Shown in pieces: positions 18,431-27,323 of a stretch of DNA of 64,000 nt. A program made the position numbers and the translations under genes. Under the pieces are notes generated by a model. The model saw only the letters and a list, made by a program, of their open reading frames with translations. It was not told where the DNA came from and searched no databases. The DNA is from a virus. Lineage: Duplodnaviria > Heunggongvirae > Uroviricota > Caudoviricetes. How positions within the stretch are numbered: position 1 is the first letter of the stretch; each line of letters begins with the position of its first letter. The stretch is from the IMG/VR virus record IMGVR_UViG_3300035698_015309. The stretch is one strand, 5' to 3'.

Positions 18431-18816
18431 GTCGTATCCTTTGACAAAGGGTACTTGACAGTGCCCTTCATACCTGCTAAAGTCTAACTGTTCCTGCTTG
18501 AAACAGGGAGCTGTTGCGGCAGGAAAGCTCATGCTGATTGGGTAGGAGGTTCTGGTGTGCCCAGATGTTCTGGGGACGAACGCATCAAAACTAACGATCA
18601 TCCGAGAGGCATAAAACGAGTGCTAAGAGAGCGATTCCGTGTTAAACGGACCAGTTCCTTGGGATTCGGACGGAAGGAGCAACCGTCATTCGAGCCCTTA
18701 CCGTTGGGCCGGAAGTTTACTACCGAGGTACTTGGGACACCAAGATTCGGCACAGCTTCAAACTTGATGCCTGTTACATTTTAGCAGGTTTTAAGGAACG
18801 GTATGTGGATTGAAAC
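18431..18816 (+). repeat. Solitary CRISPR repeat split by a mini-element: 5' hairpin part GTCGTATCCTTTGACAAAGGGTAC (18431-18454) and 3' handle TGTGGATTGAAAC (18804-18816)
   Basis: The two halves reconstruct a repeat variant with the same hairpin. Insertion is at the stem-loop/handle junction. Confidence 0.65.
18449..18802 (+). mobile_element. Miniature omega-RNA-only element, copy B: LE palindrome GGGTACTTGACAGTGCCC (TTGACA-17-TAAAGT) fused by internal deletion to the tnpB 3' end/RE
   Basis: LE matches 7697 and 36179(-). Junction CTTGAAACAGGG|AGCTGTTGCGGCAGG identical to copy C. RE identical to the tnpB copies. ORF 18557..18784 is the in-frame remnant. Confidence 0.7.
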
Positions 18817-18934
18817 ACGATGTTGATGTTCCACCTTGATGACCTGACTCAGGAGTGGCCGCTCAGGGGGCTGGATCAACGCTCCTAAAAGTCGGGGCCT
18901 TGTGGTTGTGCGTTTTTGACGGTTAGGAGAACGG

Positions 18935-19201
18935 CTACGCAGCCACTTTCTTTTTAGCGACCTCTTCCTTACCGAACGTCAGGGAATGGGCCTCGATGAT
19001 CTCCACGATCCGGGTACCCTCAGCGATGCGGAGCACTTCCAGCTTCTCGGGGGTGGCTTCCTTCCGGGTCACGTTGAGGACACGCTTGGTGCCACCGTAA
19101 CCGGGGACCGAGATGGTCACCTCCTGATAATCCTCCGACCAGCGGTACGGACCCTTGGTGTAGGAATGACCCTTGGTGATTACGGGTGTAGACTTCGTCA
19201 T
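18935..19201 (-). CDS. hypothetical protein (88 aa)
   Basis: AGGAG RBS before the ATG. Confidence 0.45.
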   Translation of the reverse strand: MTKSTPVITKGHSYTKGPYRWSEDYQEVTISVPGYGGTKRVLNVTRKEATPEKLEVLRIAEGTRIVEIIEAHSLTFGKEEVAKKKVAA

Positions 19202-19445
19202 GATATCGCTCCTGTTCGGTTTTCAGTTCGTTCAGTACTCTTCTTCAAACTCGACGCTGAGGACTTCCTAGCGTGGCACTCGCATATTGGCCACAAGTTT
19301 AAGTCCAAGTTTCTTGAGGGCCAATATGCGCCTTTTCGTATTCCGCAAGGAAGCGGCGTGAACTATAGCCCCCCCAGTGAGGGGTCTTTACTCATCCTAG
19401 CTCTAAGTCCACTAGAAATACAATCGGCCATATTCTTCTCCTCAA

Positions 19446-19679
19446 CTACAGTGCCCTGGACGGAACGGGAAGCGTCTCTGCGCTGCCGTTTTCCTGCACA
19501 GGCACGCAATTGACACAGAGGATTACCCCGATGGAGTCCCCTTCCCGAATCTCACATTCAGCTTCGCCACACTCCTCATCATCAAACTCGTCGCTATTCC
19601 ACTCATGATGTCCGAAGTGGGGACAAGTGTTGGGGTAAGGACACCGAGGATCTGTAGCATGACTACAAATATATTTCAT
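19446..19679 (-). CDS. Cys/His-rich zinc-binding small protein
   Basis: Start MKYICSHATD after a GGAGG RBS. Multiple CxxC/HxxH. Confidence 0.4.
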   Translation of the reverse strand: MKYICSHATDPRCPYPNTCPHFGHHEWNSDEFDDEECGEAECEIREGDSIGVILCVNCVPVQENGSAETLPVPSRAL

Positions 19680-19730
19680 GTGGCCTCCGTGGGGTCTTCG
19701 GGAAGAGGTGTCCAGTGGGTCCACCCCTCA

Positions 19731-20315
19731 TCATTTGTTTTCTTCCGCCAGGAGCAACTCCTGGACCCGCTGGATTTCCTCGGTGGTGTGTATGGTGCCA
19801 CCGCTGTTCAGCCGCAGGTAGAACCGCAGCCGCTCTTTACGGGAAAGGTCCACAAACGAAACATGGACATTGGGTAACCGACGCACATCCCGCAGTGACA
19901 GGTCACGGAACCAGAACGCCTTCCCGTCGTCCATCTCCGCTGGGATCACCCCTTCTAGCCAACGGAGCGTCGCCCGGATCCTCTGTTGTCCGTCGATCAC
20001 CTCAGCCGCTGCGTCCAGCCAGGACACCCCCTCTGGAAGATTCTCGTCCGTCTCGTACCTCTGGATGTATATCGGCGGAACCGGACCACCTGTGATCAGG
20101 TGCCCTATGAAGCGGGACGCCTGCGAGTCCGTCCAGACCAGCCCCCTCTGATAGTCTGGGTTCAGGTCCCAAGGGACCTTGTTTTTCCGCCCAATCGCCC
20201 GAACCTCCTCCAGCAGGAAGTCTAGGGGAAAGTCTAACTGACCAGTTGGCAAGGGCCAGTCCTGGTAGCTACGCAGGGTCGAGTCCACTTCCGGCCTGTT
20301 TTTGACATTGCTTCC
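19731..20315 (-). CDS. DUF262 (ParB-like nuclease, GmrSD N-terminal-type) domain protein
   Basis: VIDGQQR motif. Start MGSNVKN. Full minus-orientation motif plus leader hairpin at 20350-20393. Confidence 0.55.
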   Translation of the reverse strand, partial: GSNVKNRPEVDSTLRSYQDWPLPTGQLDFPLDFLLEEVRAIGRKNKVPWDLNPDYQRGLVWTDSQASRFIGHLITGGPVPPIYIQRYETDENLPEGVSWLDAAAEVIDGQQRIRATLRWLEGVIPAEMDDGKAFWFRDLSLRDVRRLPNVHVSFVDLSRKERLRFYLRLNSGGTIHTTEEIQRVQELLLAEENK

Positions 20316-20542
20316 CATCGTTTCATTCTCCTCAGGGGTCATTTGCCCCTCACTTACTCTACTCAGCGGGGTCAGCAGATGATCCCATTGCACGTAAGGA
20401 TCTAAGGAAGGTGTGTCCGAAACGGCCCTTGAGCAAAGACCCCCAGAACTTTTGTTGATCATCTCAGATTCCGTTGGAGTAGTGTGGGTAGCCTGAGGAA
20501 GGCTCACTAACATCGGGGTGGACCCCCGAGAAGGAGAATGGG

Positions 20543-22456
20543 ATGGGGTTTCTTATCTGGATCCTGATGCTTACGGGCATCGGAGCGGTCGGTCTCGGCG
20601 TCTGGCTCATCGCAAGACGCAAAATCTGGATGCTGAAGACGTGGCGAAAGGTCACCCGCAAGGTCACGGACAAGGTCCAGATGATGGACCAACGGGTGAC
20701 ACAGACAGACTTCGACGCTCAGGTGCAGGTCGAGATGGACGCTGCGGAGGCGAACGTACCGAAGGGCTTGGGCTTGTTGAGCATCCCGCTCTTCCTGTAC
20801 GCCCTGTTGGCCATTTTCTTCAGTTCCATGATGGTGGACGTGCCGCAATCCGGGTTCATGGAACTGGAGCGGAACTTCGGTGGGGCTTCGATGCCCGCAG
20901 GCCAGATCATCGCTACACAAGGCGAGAACGGCCCCCAGGCAGCGCTGCTGTCCCCCGGTCTCAAGTGGGTCATGCCCTTCATGTACTCCACGAATGAACG
21001 GGAGCCTGTGGTTATCCCGGACGGGATGATCGGCGTGATCACCACCAAGGCGGGCAAGTCCATGCCGGAGGGAATGATCTACGGCCCCAAGTTCACGGAC
21101 TTCGACGGTTTCCTCGACGCCCAGGTCTTCCTGGATCATGAGGACGGGTACAAGGGCCAACAGGTGACAGTGGCCCTGCCGGGAACGTGGAAGTTCCACT
21201 CAGGGGTGTACTCGATGACAGAGGCACCTATGACCAACGTGGAGATGGGCCATGTGATGGTCGTGAAGGCCAACTACGGCGATGTGCCCGAGGAGCGGGC
21301 AACCATCGAGATCACGGATCTCGTGGAGAAGGAGATTGCCCTGTCCAAGGATGAACTGGAAGCGGCATATCTGGAGGCGGAAGACGCCGAGCAGCGACGG
21401 CTGCTGGCTGCGGGGGTGGCGGAGAAGGACATCAGGATCGACCGCAAGAGCTTGAAGGTGCGAAAGACCAAGATCGTGCTGGTGGAGGTCAAACGGAAGA
21501 TCCCCGACCCGCTGGTCGATGTGGGTGAGGCGGGCATCTGGCGTGATGCGCTGGTCCCCAACAAGTATCCAATGCATCCGTTCGCCCACGAGATGACGGA
21601 TATCAATACGATGCGCCTGCGAATCTCCTACACTCCGCCTGGTGAGGAAGGGGAAGACGACGGGCGGGTCATCGTCCGTAGCAAGGATGGGTACGAGTTC
21701 CCGATGGACATACGCATTGTGTACCATGTGGAACCAATGAACGCCCCTTGGGTCCGTGCAATGGTAGGTGACGACGAGAAGATCGGGGATGTCGTGATGA
21801 CCCCTACGGTCCTCTCAATCTCCCGTGTGCTGGCAGGTCGGTCCAACGTGCTGGACTTCTTCGCAGACCTGGAGGTCCGGCAGAAGGACGCTAAGGATCT
21901 CATCGCCAAGAAGTGCGCCGTGTACGGTGTGACGGTCGATGAGGTACTCATCGGGCGTGTGGGCGACGAGGCTTCCCTGGGTGAACTGATGAAAACCCAG
22001 CGGGACCGTGAGATCGCCGTGCAGCAGCAGGTCACCTTCGCCGTACAGCAGAAGGCAGCGGAACAGCAGAAGCGGCTGAACAAGACGATGCAGGAGGCGG
22101 AGGAGGAGAAGAAGCTCGCCGCCGCTGCGTATCAGGCCCAGGTCGCCGTACAAAACAAGAAGAAGACCATCACCGACGCTGAGGCCGCTGCCGAGAAGGT
22201 GACGATTGCAGCCACGGCTGAAGCCGAGCGGATCTTCAAGATCAAGAAGGCGGAAGCGGACGGCTACACCCTGAAGGTTGCCGCCCTTGGTCCCCAGGGG
22301 GTGGCAATGCTGGAAGCCTTCCTGATCATCTCCGAGGGCAAGATCAAGATCACCCCGAACGTCGCAGTCAGCGGCGGAGGTGCCAACGGGGGCAACAACG
22401 CCTTCGAGGCACTGATGGCCATGATGCTCCAAGAGAAGGCCGGACCCGCCAATTAG
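20543..22456 (+). CDS. SPFH/band-7 flotillin-like membrane protein (637 aa)
   Basis: N-terminal TM segment. Long Ala/Glu/Gln/Lys coiled-coil tail typical of flotillins. GATCATC-N13-GAGTAG at 20457-20482. Confidence 0.7.
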   Translation: MGFLIWILMLTGIGAVGLGVWLIARRKIWMLKTWRKVTRKVTDKVQMMDQRVTQTDFDAQVQVEMDAAEANVPKGLGLLSIPLFLYALLAIFFSSMMVDVPQSGFMELERNFGGASMPAGQIIATQGENGPQAALLSPGLKWVMPFMYSTNEREPVVIPDGMIGVITTKAGKSMPEGMIYGPKFTDFDGFLDAQVFLDHEDGYKGQQVTVALPGTWKFHSGVYSMTEAPMTNVEMGHVMVVKANYGDVPEERATIEITDLVEKEIALSKDELEAAYLEAEDAEQRRLLAAGVAEKDIRIDRKSLKVRKTKIVLVEVKRKIPDPLVDVGEAGIWRDALVPNKYPMHPFAHEMTDINTMRLRISYTPPGEEGEDDGRVIVRSKDGYEFPMDIRIVYHVEPMNAPWVRAMVGDDEKIGDVVMTPTVLSISRVLAGRSNVLDFFADLEVRQKDAKDLIAKKCAVYGVTVDEVLIGRVGDEASLGELMKTQRDREIAVQQQVTFAVQQKAAEQQKRLNKTMQEAEEEKKLAAAAYQAQVAVQNKKKTITDAEAAAEKVTIAATAEAERIFKIKKAEADGYTLKVAALGPQGVAMLEAFLIISEGKIKITPNVAVSGGGANGGNNAFEALMAMMLQEKAGPAN

Positions 22457-22514
22457 TCCCCTGCTGCCCCCTTCCCTACGGGGAGGGGGCGGTCCCTGGT
22501 CAAGGAGACCCCTC

Positions 22515-23078
22515 ATGAGCCTCACACTAGAAGACCTCCAAGATCACAAGAAGGTCAGTTGGGATACCTTCCGTTCGGTGCCGCTCGGGTTGCACGAAGG
22601 GGAGGAACTGGAGATCCGGTTCCTGCTGAACAAGGCTGGGGAGCACAAAATCGGCCTGTTTGACCCACGGCGCCACTGGTGGTCGGTGTGCTCATCCACT
22701 ACGGAGGAAGCGGACGCAGTTGTCAGCTTCAACGCCATCCTTGGTGCCGTCCCTACCCCGCTGCAAAGGAAAACCATCACCTTCCAGTCTGAGGGGGACA
22801 GCAAACCGGATTTCGAAAAGGGTGAGGATGAGGTCGTCAACTACCACCTCACCCTGTACGGCATGTTCGTTGGCAATCTCCGAGTCGGCAAATTCCAGGG
22901 TCAGGTAGAGCACTACGACACGATACTCTTCCCCGAATCAGCGCAGGACGATGCCGCCTATCAGATGCAGTACGGACAGCTTGTGCTCGCCTGTTACGAG
23001 TTCGTGCGGGGCCTCTACGACGCCCACGCTGCCGCTGCCCTTAGCCCCGTGGGATCATCTCCGGCACCCACAGAGTAG
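22515..23078 (+). CDS. hypothetical protein. C-terminal ...GSSPAPTE* is encoded by the intergenic motif.
   Basis: AAGGAG RBS. Stop codon is the TAG of GAGTAG. Confidence 0.45.
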   Translation: MSLTLEDLQDHKKVSWDTFRSVPLGLHEGEELEIRFLLNKAGEHKIGLFDPRRHWWSVCSSTTEEADAVVSFNAILGAVPTPLQRKTITFQSEGDSKPDFEKGEDEVVNYHLTLYGMFVGNLRVGKFQGQVEHYDTILFPESAQDDAAYQMQYGQLVLACYEFVRGLYDAHAAAALSPVGSSPAPTE

Positions 23079-23100
23079 ACAGGGTGTATGGAGGTGGCAA

Positions 23101-23301
23101 ATGACCACAGAACAGAGTCAGGCACTTCAAGGCGTACAGGGAAAAGTCATCAAAGACATAAAAGTCGGGGAGATGACCTCTTGGTGTGACAGCGGCGAGG
23201 TCCAGATCCGGTGCAGCGACGGAACGATCATTCGGATCAGTACCATTGCCGATGCCGAGGACAACAGAGCCTTCCTCGCACTGTCCGTCACCGTGCGGTA
23301 G
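23101..23301 (+). CDS. hypothetical small protein
   Basis: Full motif plus GGAGG upstream. Confidence 0.35.
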   Translation: MTTEQSQALQGVQGKVIKDIKVGEMTSWCDSGEVQIRCSDGTIIRISTIADAEDNRAFLALSVTVR

Positions 23302-23751
23302 TTGGGACTCCGACAACCACCGGGGGTTATCATCGAAGCCCCACGTCCGTCCCTGTGCCTGCACCCGGACGATCATCCTTTATGGGAAACAATGGAACGG
23401 CTGGCTTGGGTTCTTGCGAACAGTCACGGTCTACCCCTCCATTTTGTAGAACCCAAACGTAGACCCCTGTCCGATGGAGCAGCGGGAGTATGCTATTGCC
23501 ACGAGAGGCGTATTGCAATCCGGCTCCGGTGTAAGGATCGTGTAGAAGACGGCGGGGGGTGGTGGTCGAAGCCAGACCCCTGGGATCAGATCGTATTGAC
23601 GGTTGCCCATGAGGTTGCCCACCTCCGACATCCCAATCACGGAGCAGACTTCAAGGACCTGGAACAACGCCTGTACCGAGAAGCTCAGGAACTGCTAGGG
23701 TGTTGGGATCATCCCCGGCACCCACAGAGTAGACAGGGTGAGGGGGAATGA
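23302..23751 (+). CDS. SprT/Wss1-like putative zinc metallopeptidase (HEVAHLRHPNHGADF)
   Basis: HExxH...H motif. Start uncertain (TTG 23302 or ATG ~23389). Confidence 0.4.
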   Translation: MGLRQPPGVIIEAPRPSLCLHPDDHPLWETMERLAWVLANSHGLPLHFVEPKRRPLSDGAAGVCYCHERRIAIRLRCKDRVEDGGGWWSKPDPWDQIVLTVAHEVAHLRHPNHGADFKDLEQRLYREAQELLGCWDHPRHPQSRQGEGE

Positions 23752-23770
23752 CCCCCGAGGAGGATCTTAA

Positions 23771-24346
23771 ATGAGTGGCTACCCCACACGATATACTGCA
23801 GAAGGTTGTGACAGCCAATGTGTGTACCGTTCCTGTATGTGGCCGGGTGAGGACAAGGGGATCCTTGCCCAGGGCCGGGGCTACACTCGTTATCACAAGA
23901 AACCGCTCCCCGTCTGTATGCAGAGACATCTTCATGGGTGCCCCTATCTGAAACCCAAACCAGACGTTGAGAACGCCCGATGTTGTTACGCACCCAATTA
24001 CAAACGTAAGGGCAAGGCTCCCTCAGGATGGCGTACCTGTGAGACCTGCGGAACAATGGTCCCCCTTCAGGTGGCCAAAGCACTTAACAACCTCCCAAAA
24101 CGGGATGGCGTTCCTTGCCTACATGAACAGGTAGAACCGTCCATCATAACTGGTTGGTTTGAGTGCCCCTCTTGTCGTTACAAGCATAAGGGTGTTTTCG
24201 ATCATCGGCCTCTCCCCTTTGAGAAACCGAACAAAACACTGCAAGAACTGTATGACACCCTGGAGGTGCGACTTAACCAAACCGCAGAGAGTGAAATGAC
24301 TCTTGAAGGCGGATCGGCGGGATCATCTCCCCGACCCACAGAGTAG
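23771..24346 (+). CDS. Cys-rich hypothetical protein ending ...GSSPRPTE*
   Basis: Full motif plus leader hairpin plus GGAGG upstream. Confidence 0.45.
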   Translation: MSGYPTRYTAEGCDSQCVYRSCMWPGEDKGILAQGRGYTRYHKKPLPVCMQRHLHGCPYLKPKPDVENARCCYAPNYKRKGKAPSGWRTCETCGTMVPLQVAKALNNLPKRDGVPCLHEQVEPSIITGWFECPSCRYKHKGVFDHRPLPFEKPNKTLQELYDTLEVRLNQTAESEMTLEGGSAGSSPRPTE

Positions 24347-24382
24347 TTAAGGTGAGGGGCAAATGACCCCTGGGAGGATGCG

Positions 24383-24637
24383 ATGACCCTGGAGCAACTG
24401 TTTGACAAGCATGGGAACTGCCCGACCATGGGCGACCCCTACCGGAACAGCAACCCAACCACGGATCTGCTGTTCGATGAGTACGGGGATGTGCTGCCCA
24501 CGGCCCTGGCCTTCCTGAGGCGGCTTGTTCAGGAACGGAAGGTGAAGCCGATGTGCGACGCCATCACGATCCTGATGGCTGACCGCTTCGCCTGCAACAC
24601 GAAGTGCAACTATAACGCCATCACAATGTGGCGCTAG
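24383..24637 (+). CDS. hypothetical small protein
   Basis: Motif, leader hairpin (with MTPGRMR mini-uORF), GGAGG. Confidence 0.4.
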   Translation: MTLEQLFDKHGNCPTMGDPYRNSNPTTDLLFDEYGDVLPTALAFLRRLVQERKVKPMCDAITILMADRFACNTKCNYNAITMWR

Positions 24638-24646
24638 GAGACCCAA

Positions 24647-24745
24647 TGACGTTCCACAGTGGCATGACCCTGTTGTGCGCTGGGATGGCGGTTGCGGGCT
24701 TCGCCACCCTGATCATCGGCAACTACCTGGAGAAGGGAGGCTGAT
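24647..24745 (+). CDS. 32-aa hydrophobic peptide
   Basis: AGGAG RBS. Single TM-like segment. Unlisted ORF found by reading the sequence. Confidence 0.3.
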
Positions 24746-24970
24746 ATGACCTGTGTCTTTTGTGGACGGCTGCGTGAGATGGTTCGTCAGCGTAAACTCA
24801 AGGAACTGGAGCAGCGGGGGCGGACCCCGGACAGGGACTTCGAGGACTACGTCGACAACGAGATGAAGGAGTTGGCCGAGAAGCTCACCTCCATCCTGGA
24901 CCCGGACGGGCCGTGGGTCCGCATGGCGGATCTGCCCAACGGGAGCGCCGACGACGGCGGTGACTACTAG
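24746..24970 (+). CDS. hypothetical small protein
   Basis: GGGAGG RBS. Confidence 0.4.
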   Translation: MTCVFCGRLREMVRQRKLKELEQRGRTPDRDFEDYVDNEMKELAEKLTSILDPDGPWVRMADLPNGSADDGGDY

Positions 24971-25006
24971 GGACATGTGGTCAACTTCTCAAAACCAGGA
25001 GTCCTG

Positions 25007-25774
25007 ATGAACAAGACAGGAATCGGCTACCTGGACTACTCGTGGAACCCCCTCACGGGATGTTCCCCGGTGTCTGCCGGGTGCCAGAACTGCTGGGCCA
25101 AGAAGAGGGCCACCGAGAACGCTGCAACGGGGTCGAAGTGGTACGACCCGAAGGACCCCTTCAAGCCTACGCTGCACCGGGACAGGCTGGACGAGCCCTC
25201 CCACCGCAAGACGCCGTCAGTAATCGGTGTGGGCTTCATGGGGGACATCTGCCACCCGGATCTCCCGGAGGACGCCCTGGCGTGTGTGCTCCAGTCCTGC
25301 AGGATCGCAAACCAGCACACCTACCTGTGGCTGACGAAACGAGCAGACAGGCTGGGAGAGGCCCTCCTCGGGGTGGACCCGGTCCCGAACGTATGGCTCG
25401 GTGTGTCCGTGGAAAATATGGCGGGCGCTATTGAGCGCCTGCCTATCCTTGCACAACTGGCGGAACGTGGATGGCACACCTGGGTCTCGATGGAGCCGCT
25501 GATCGGGTCGGTGACCCTCGCCCCGTCCCCACACCACAACTGGGATCTTGTCGAGTGGGTGATCGTGGGTTGCGAGTCTGGGGACGACCGGAGGCCGATG
25601 GACCCCGCTTGGGTGACCCAGCTTCATGGCGAATGCGACCACTTTGGCATCCCCTTCTTCCTCAAGCAGATGGAGGTGGGGGGCAAAGTCCAGGCGCACC
25701 CGACACCCTACCTCAACGGTGTACAGCACACCGAGATCCCCGACGCAATCCAGAAGCACCTGGGAACGTCCTAA
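25007..25774 (+). CDS. Phage Gp37/Gp68-family (DUF5131) protein
   Basis: MNKTGIGYLDYSWNPLTGCSPVSAGCQNCWA matches the family N-terminal Cys signature. AGGAG RBS. Confidence 0.7.
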   Translation: MNKTGIGYLDYSWNPLTGCSPVSAGCQNCWAKKRATENAATGSKWYDPKDPFKPTLHRDRLDEPSHRKTPSVIGVGFMGDICHPDLPEDALACVLQSCRIANQHTYLWLTKRADRLGEALLGVDPVPNVWLGVSVENMAGAIERLPILAQLAERGWHTWVSMEPLIGSVTLAPSPHHNWDLVEWVIVGCESGDDRRPMDPAWVTQLHGECDHFGIPFFLKQMEVGGKVQAHPTPYLNGVQHTEIPDAIQKHLGTS

Positions 25775-26274
25775 TGAGCGCCCCGGTCTATCTCTCAGCG
25801 TATTGCGACGCTAGTTATTACTATGTGACTGGGCAGGCCGGGTGGGGCGCATGGCTACGGGACAGCAAGACACGGGTCTTGGTGGCAGCACCGATCCCGT
25901 CATCGGTGGATTGGCTCAAGGGCAACACACAGGTGGAGTTGTTCGCTGTCTACCAGACTGTCCTCTGCGCCTTAAAACATCTGGACAGCGAGACCGGGAC
26001 GCATCTCGTTGTGAAGACGGACAACAAAGGGGTCGTTGGGTGGTTTAAAAAGGGGATGGGGTGCGGGGATCGGGAGACGCAGGTAGTAACCGAGACCCTC
26101 GCCGCCGTTGAGGCTGCGGGCGTGACTCTGATTGTGAAGTGGGTGGAAAGCCACCAGCCGAGGAATCGCAACGTGCAGGCATACCTGAACACACGGGTTG
26201 ATGAGTTGGCCCGCCGAGCAATGATCCAGGGTGAGCGAGTGTTCTGGAAGAAGCCTATCCGGGAAGCGGTCTGA
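25775..26274 (+). CDS. RNase H-like protein
   Basis: YCDASYYYVTGQAGWGAWL...ELFAVYQ resembles RNase HI DGS/E blocks. ATG overlaps the upstream stop. Confidence 0.5.
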
Positions 26275-26379
26275 TGAAGGACGATCATCAACGGATACCT
26301 GAGAAGGAAGAGATCATCCTGGTGTCCGGTTGAGTAGTACAGGTGAGGGGCAAAGGACCCCTGACAAAGGAGCCCAACG

Positions 26380-26649
26380 ATGACGACATCACTGAACCCC
26401 GTTGACTGGGACGACGACCATGTGGTCGTTATTTCCTTCCTCCACAACCATGGAAGCAACTCCCGGTACCTGACTGCCAACGAACAATGGTATGTGTTTT
26501 GCCGTGGTAACGGATTCGGAAACTGTACTTCCGAACAACTGGAACACAGCGGTTGGAACTGGTCACACGTCAGGGATTCAGACGATACAGGATATGCAAG
26601 GATGGCCAACTGTGTGCGAGAACTGGTGCCCGAGGCGGAACAGAAATAA
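26380..26649 (+). CDS. hypothetical small protein
   Basis: Motif plus hairpin plus AAAGGAG upstream. Confidence 0.4.
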   Translation: MTTSLNPVDWDDDHVVVISFLHNHGSNSRYLTANEQWYVFCRGNGFGNCTSEQLEHSGWNWSHVRDSDDTGYARMANCVRELVPEAEQK

Positions 26650-26666
26650 ACGAAAAGGAGAGAGAG

Positions 26667-27323
26667 ATGTCCAAAGACAAAGTGAACTGGAAGCTCCGGT
26701 ACAAGGAAACGGCTCAGGCACTTGCTGCCCTGAAACGGGCGGCGTTGATCCAGGGGACGCAGGACCATCTGATCGAGTTGGAACGGACCAAAATCCGGGA
26801 GGCTGCTGTATCCCTTTCCCAGGAGGCTGACAAGGCAAGGGCAATGGGGAAGACCCTCCAGACGACAGTCCTGGATGCTCTCAAGGGCATGGCGACACAG
26901 AGCGACACGTTGGGGACCTTAGCCAACTCTCTTGCCACCGACCAGTTCGGCAACAAAGGGTCGGCAGATGCCGTTAAGGAAGCCCTGATGACTATCGGGG
27001 TCCTTACAGAGGAACGAGACCAGGCGACCGCTCAGGTTGAGGATCTGACCGAGGCTCTCCGGGAGGAGACCAGGGCACGGGTAACCCTGTCCGTGGAACT
27101 GAAGGATCTCTACCGTAAGGGCGTGCTCGGTACGGACACGGCGAAGATCCTGAACAGACACTTCGGTTCAGCCCTGCGGGCGAGTAATCGTCATCTTCAG
27201 GCGCTCTGGCCTTCCACCGAAACACAGGAAGGACTCCGTCACCTGTTCAATTGGGCCAAGGGTGCCTTGGCCCGTCAGGCAGACCACGAAAAGGGTTTGT
27301 CTGAAGAGGAGACTACCACATGA
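26667..27323 (+). CDS. coiled-coil protein
   Basis: Start MSKDKVNW after AAAAGGAGAGAGAG. Confidence 0.45.
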   Translation: MSKDKVNWKLRYKETAQALAALKRAALIQGTQDHLIELERTKIREAAVSLSQEADKARAMGKTLQTTVLDALKGMATQSDTLGTLANSLATDQFGNKGSADAVKEALMTIGVLTEERDQATAQVEDLTEALREETRARVTLSVELKDLYRKGVLGTDTAKILNRHFGSALRASNRHLQALWPSTETQEGLRHLFNWAKGALARQADHEKGLSEEETTT

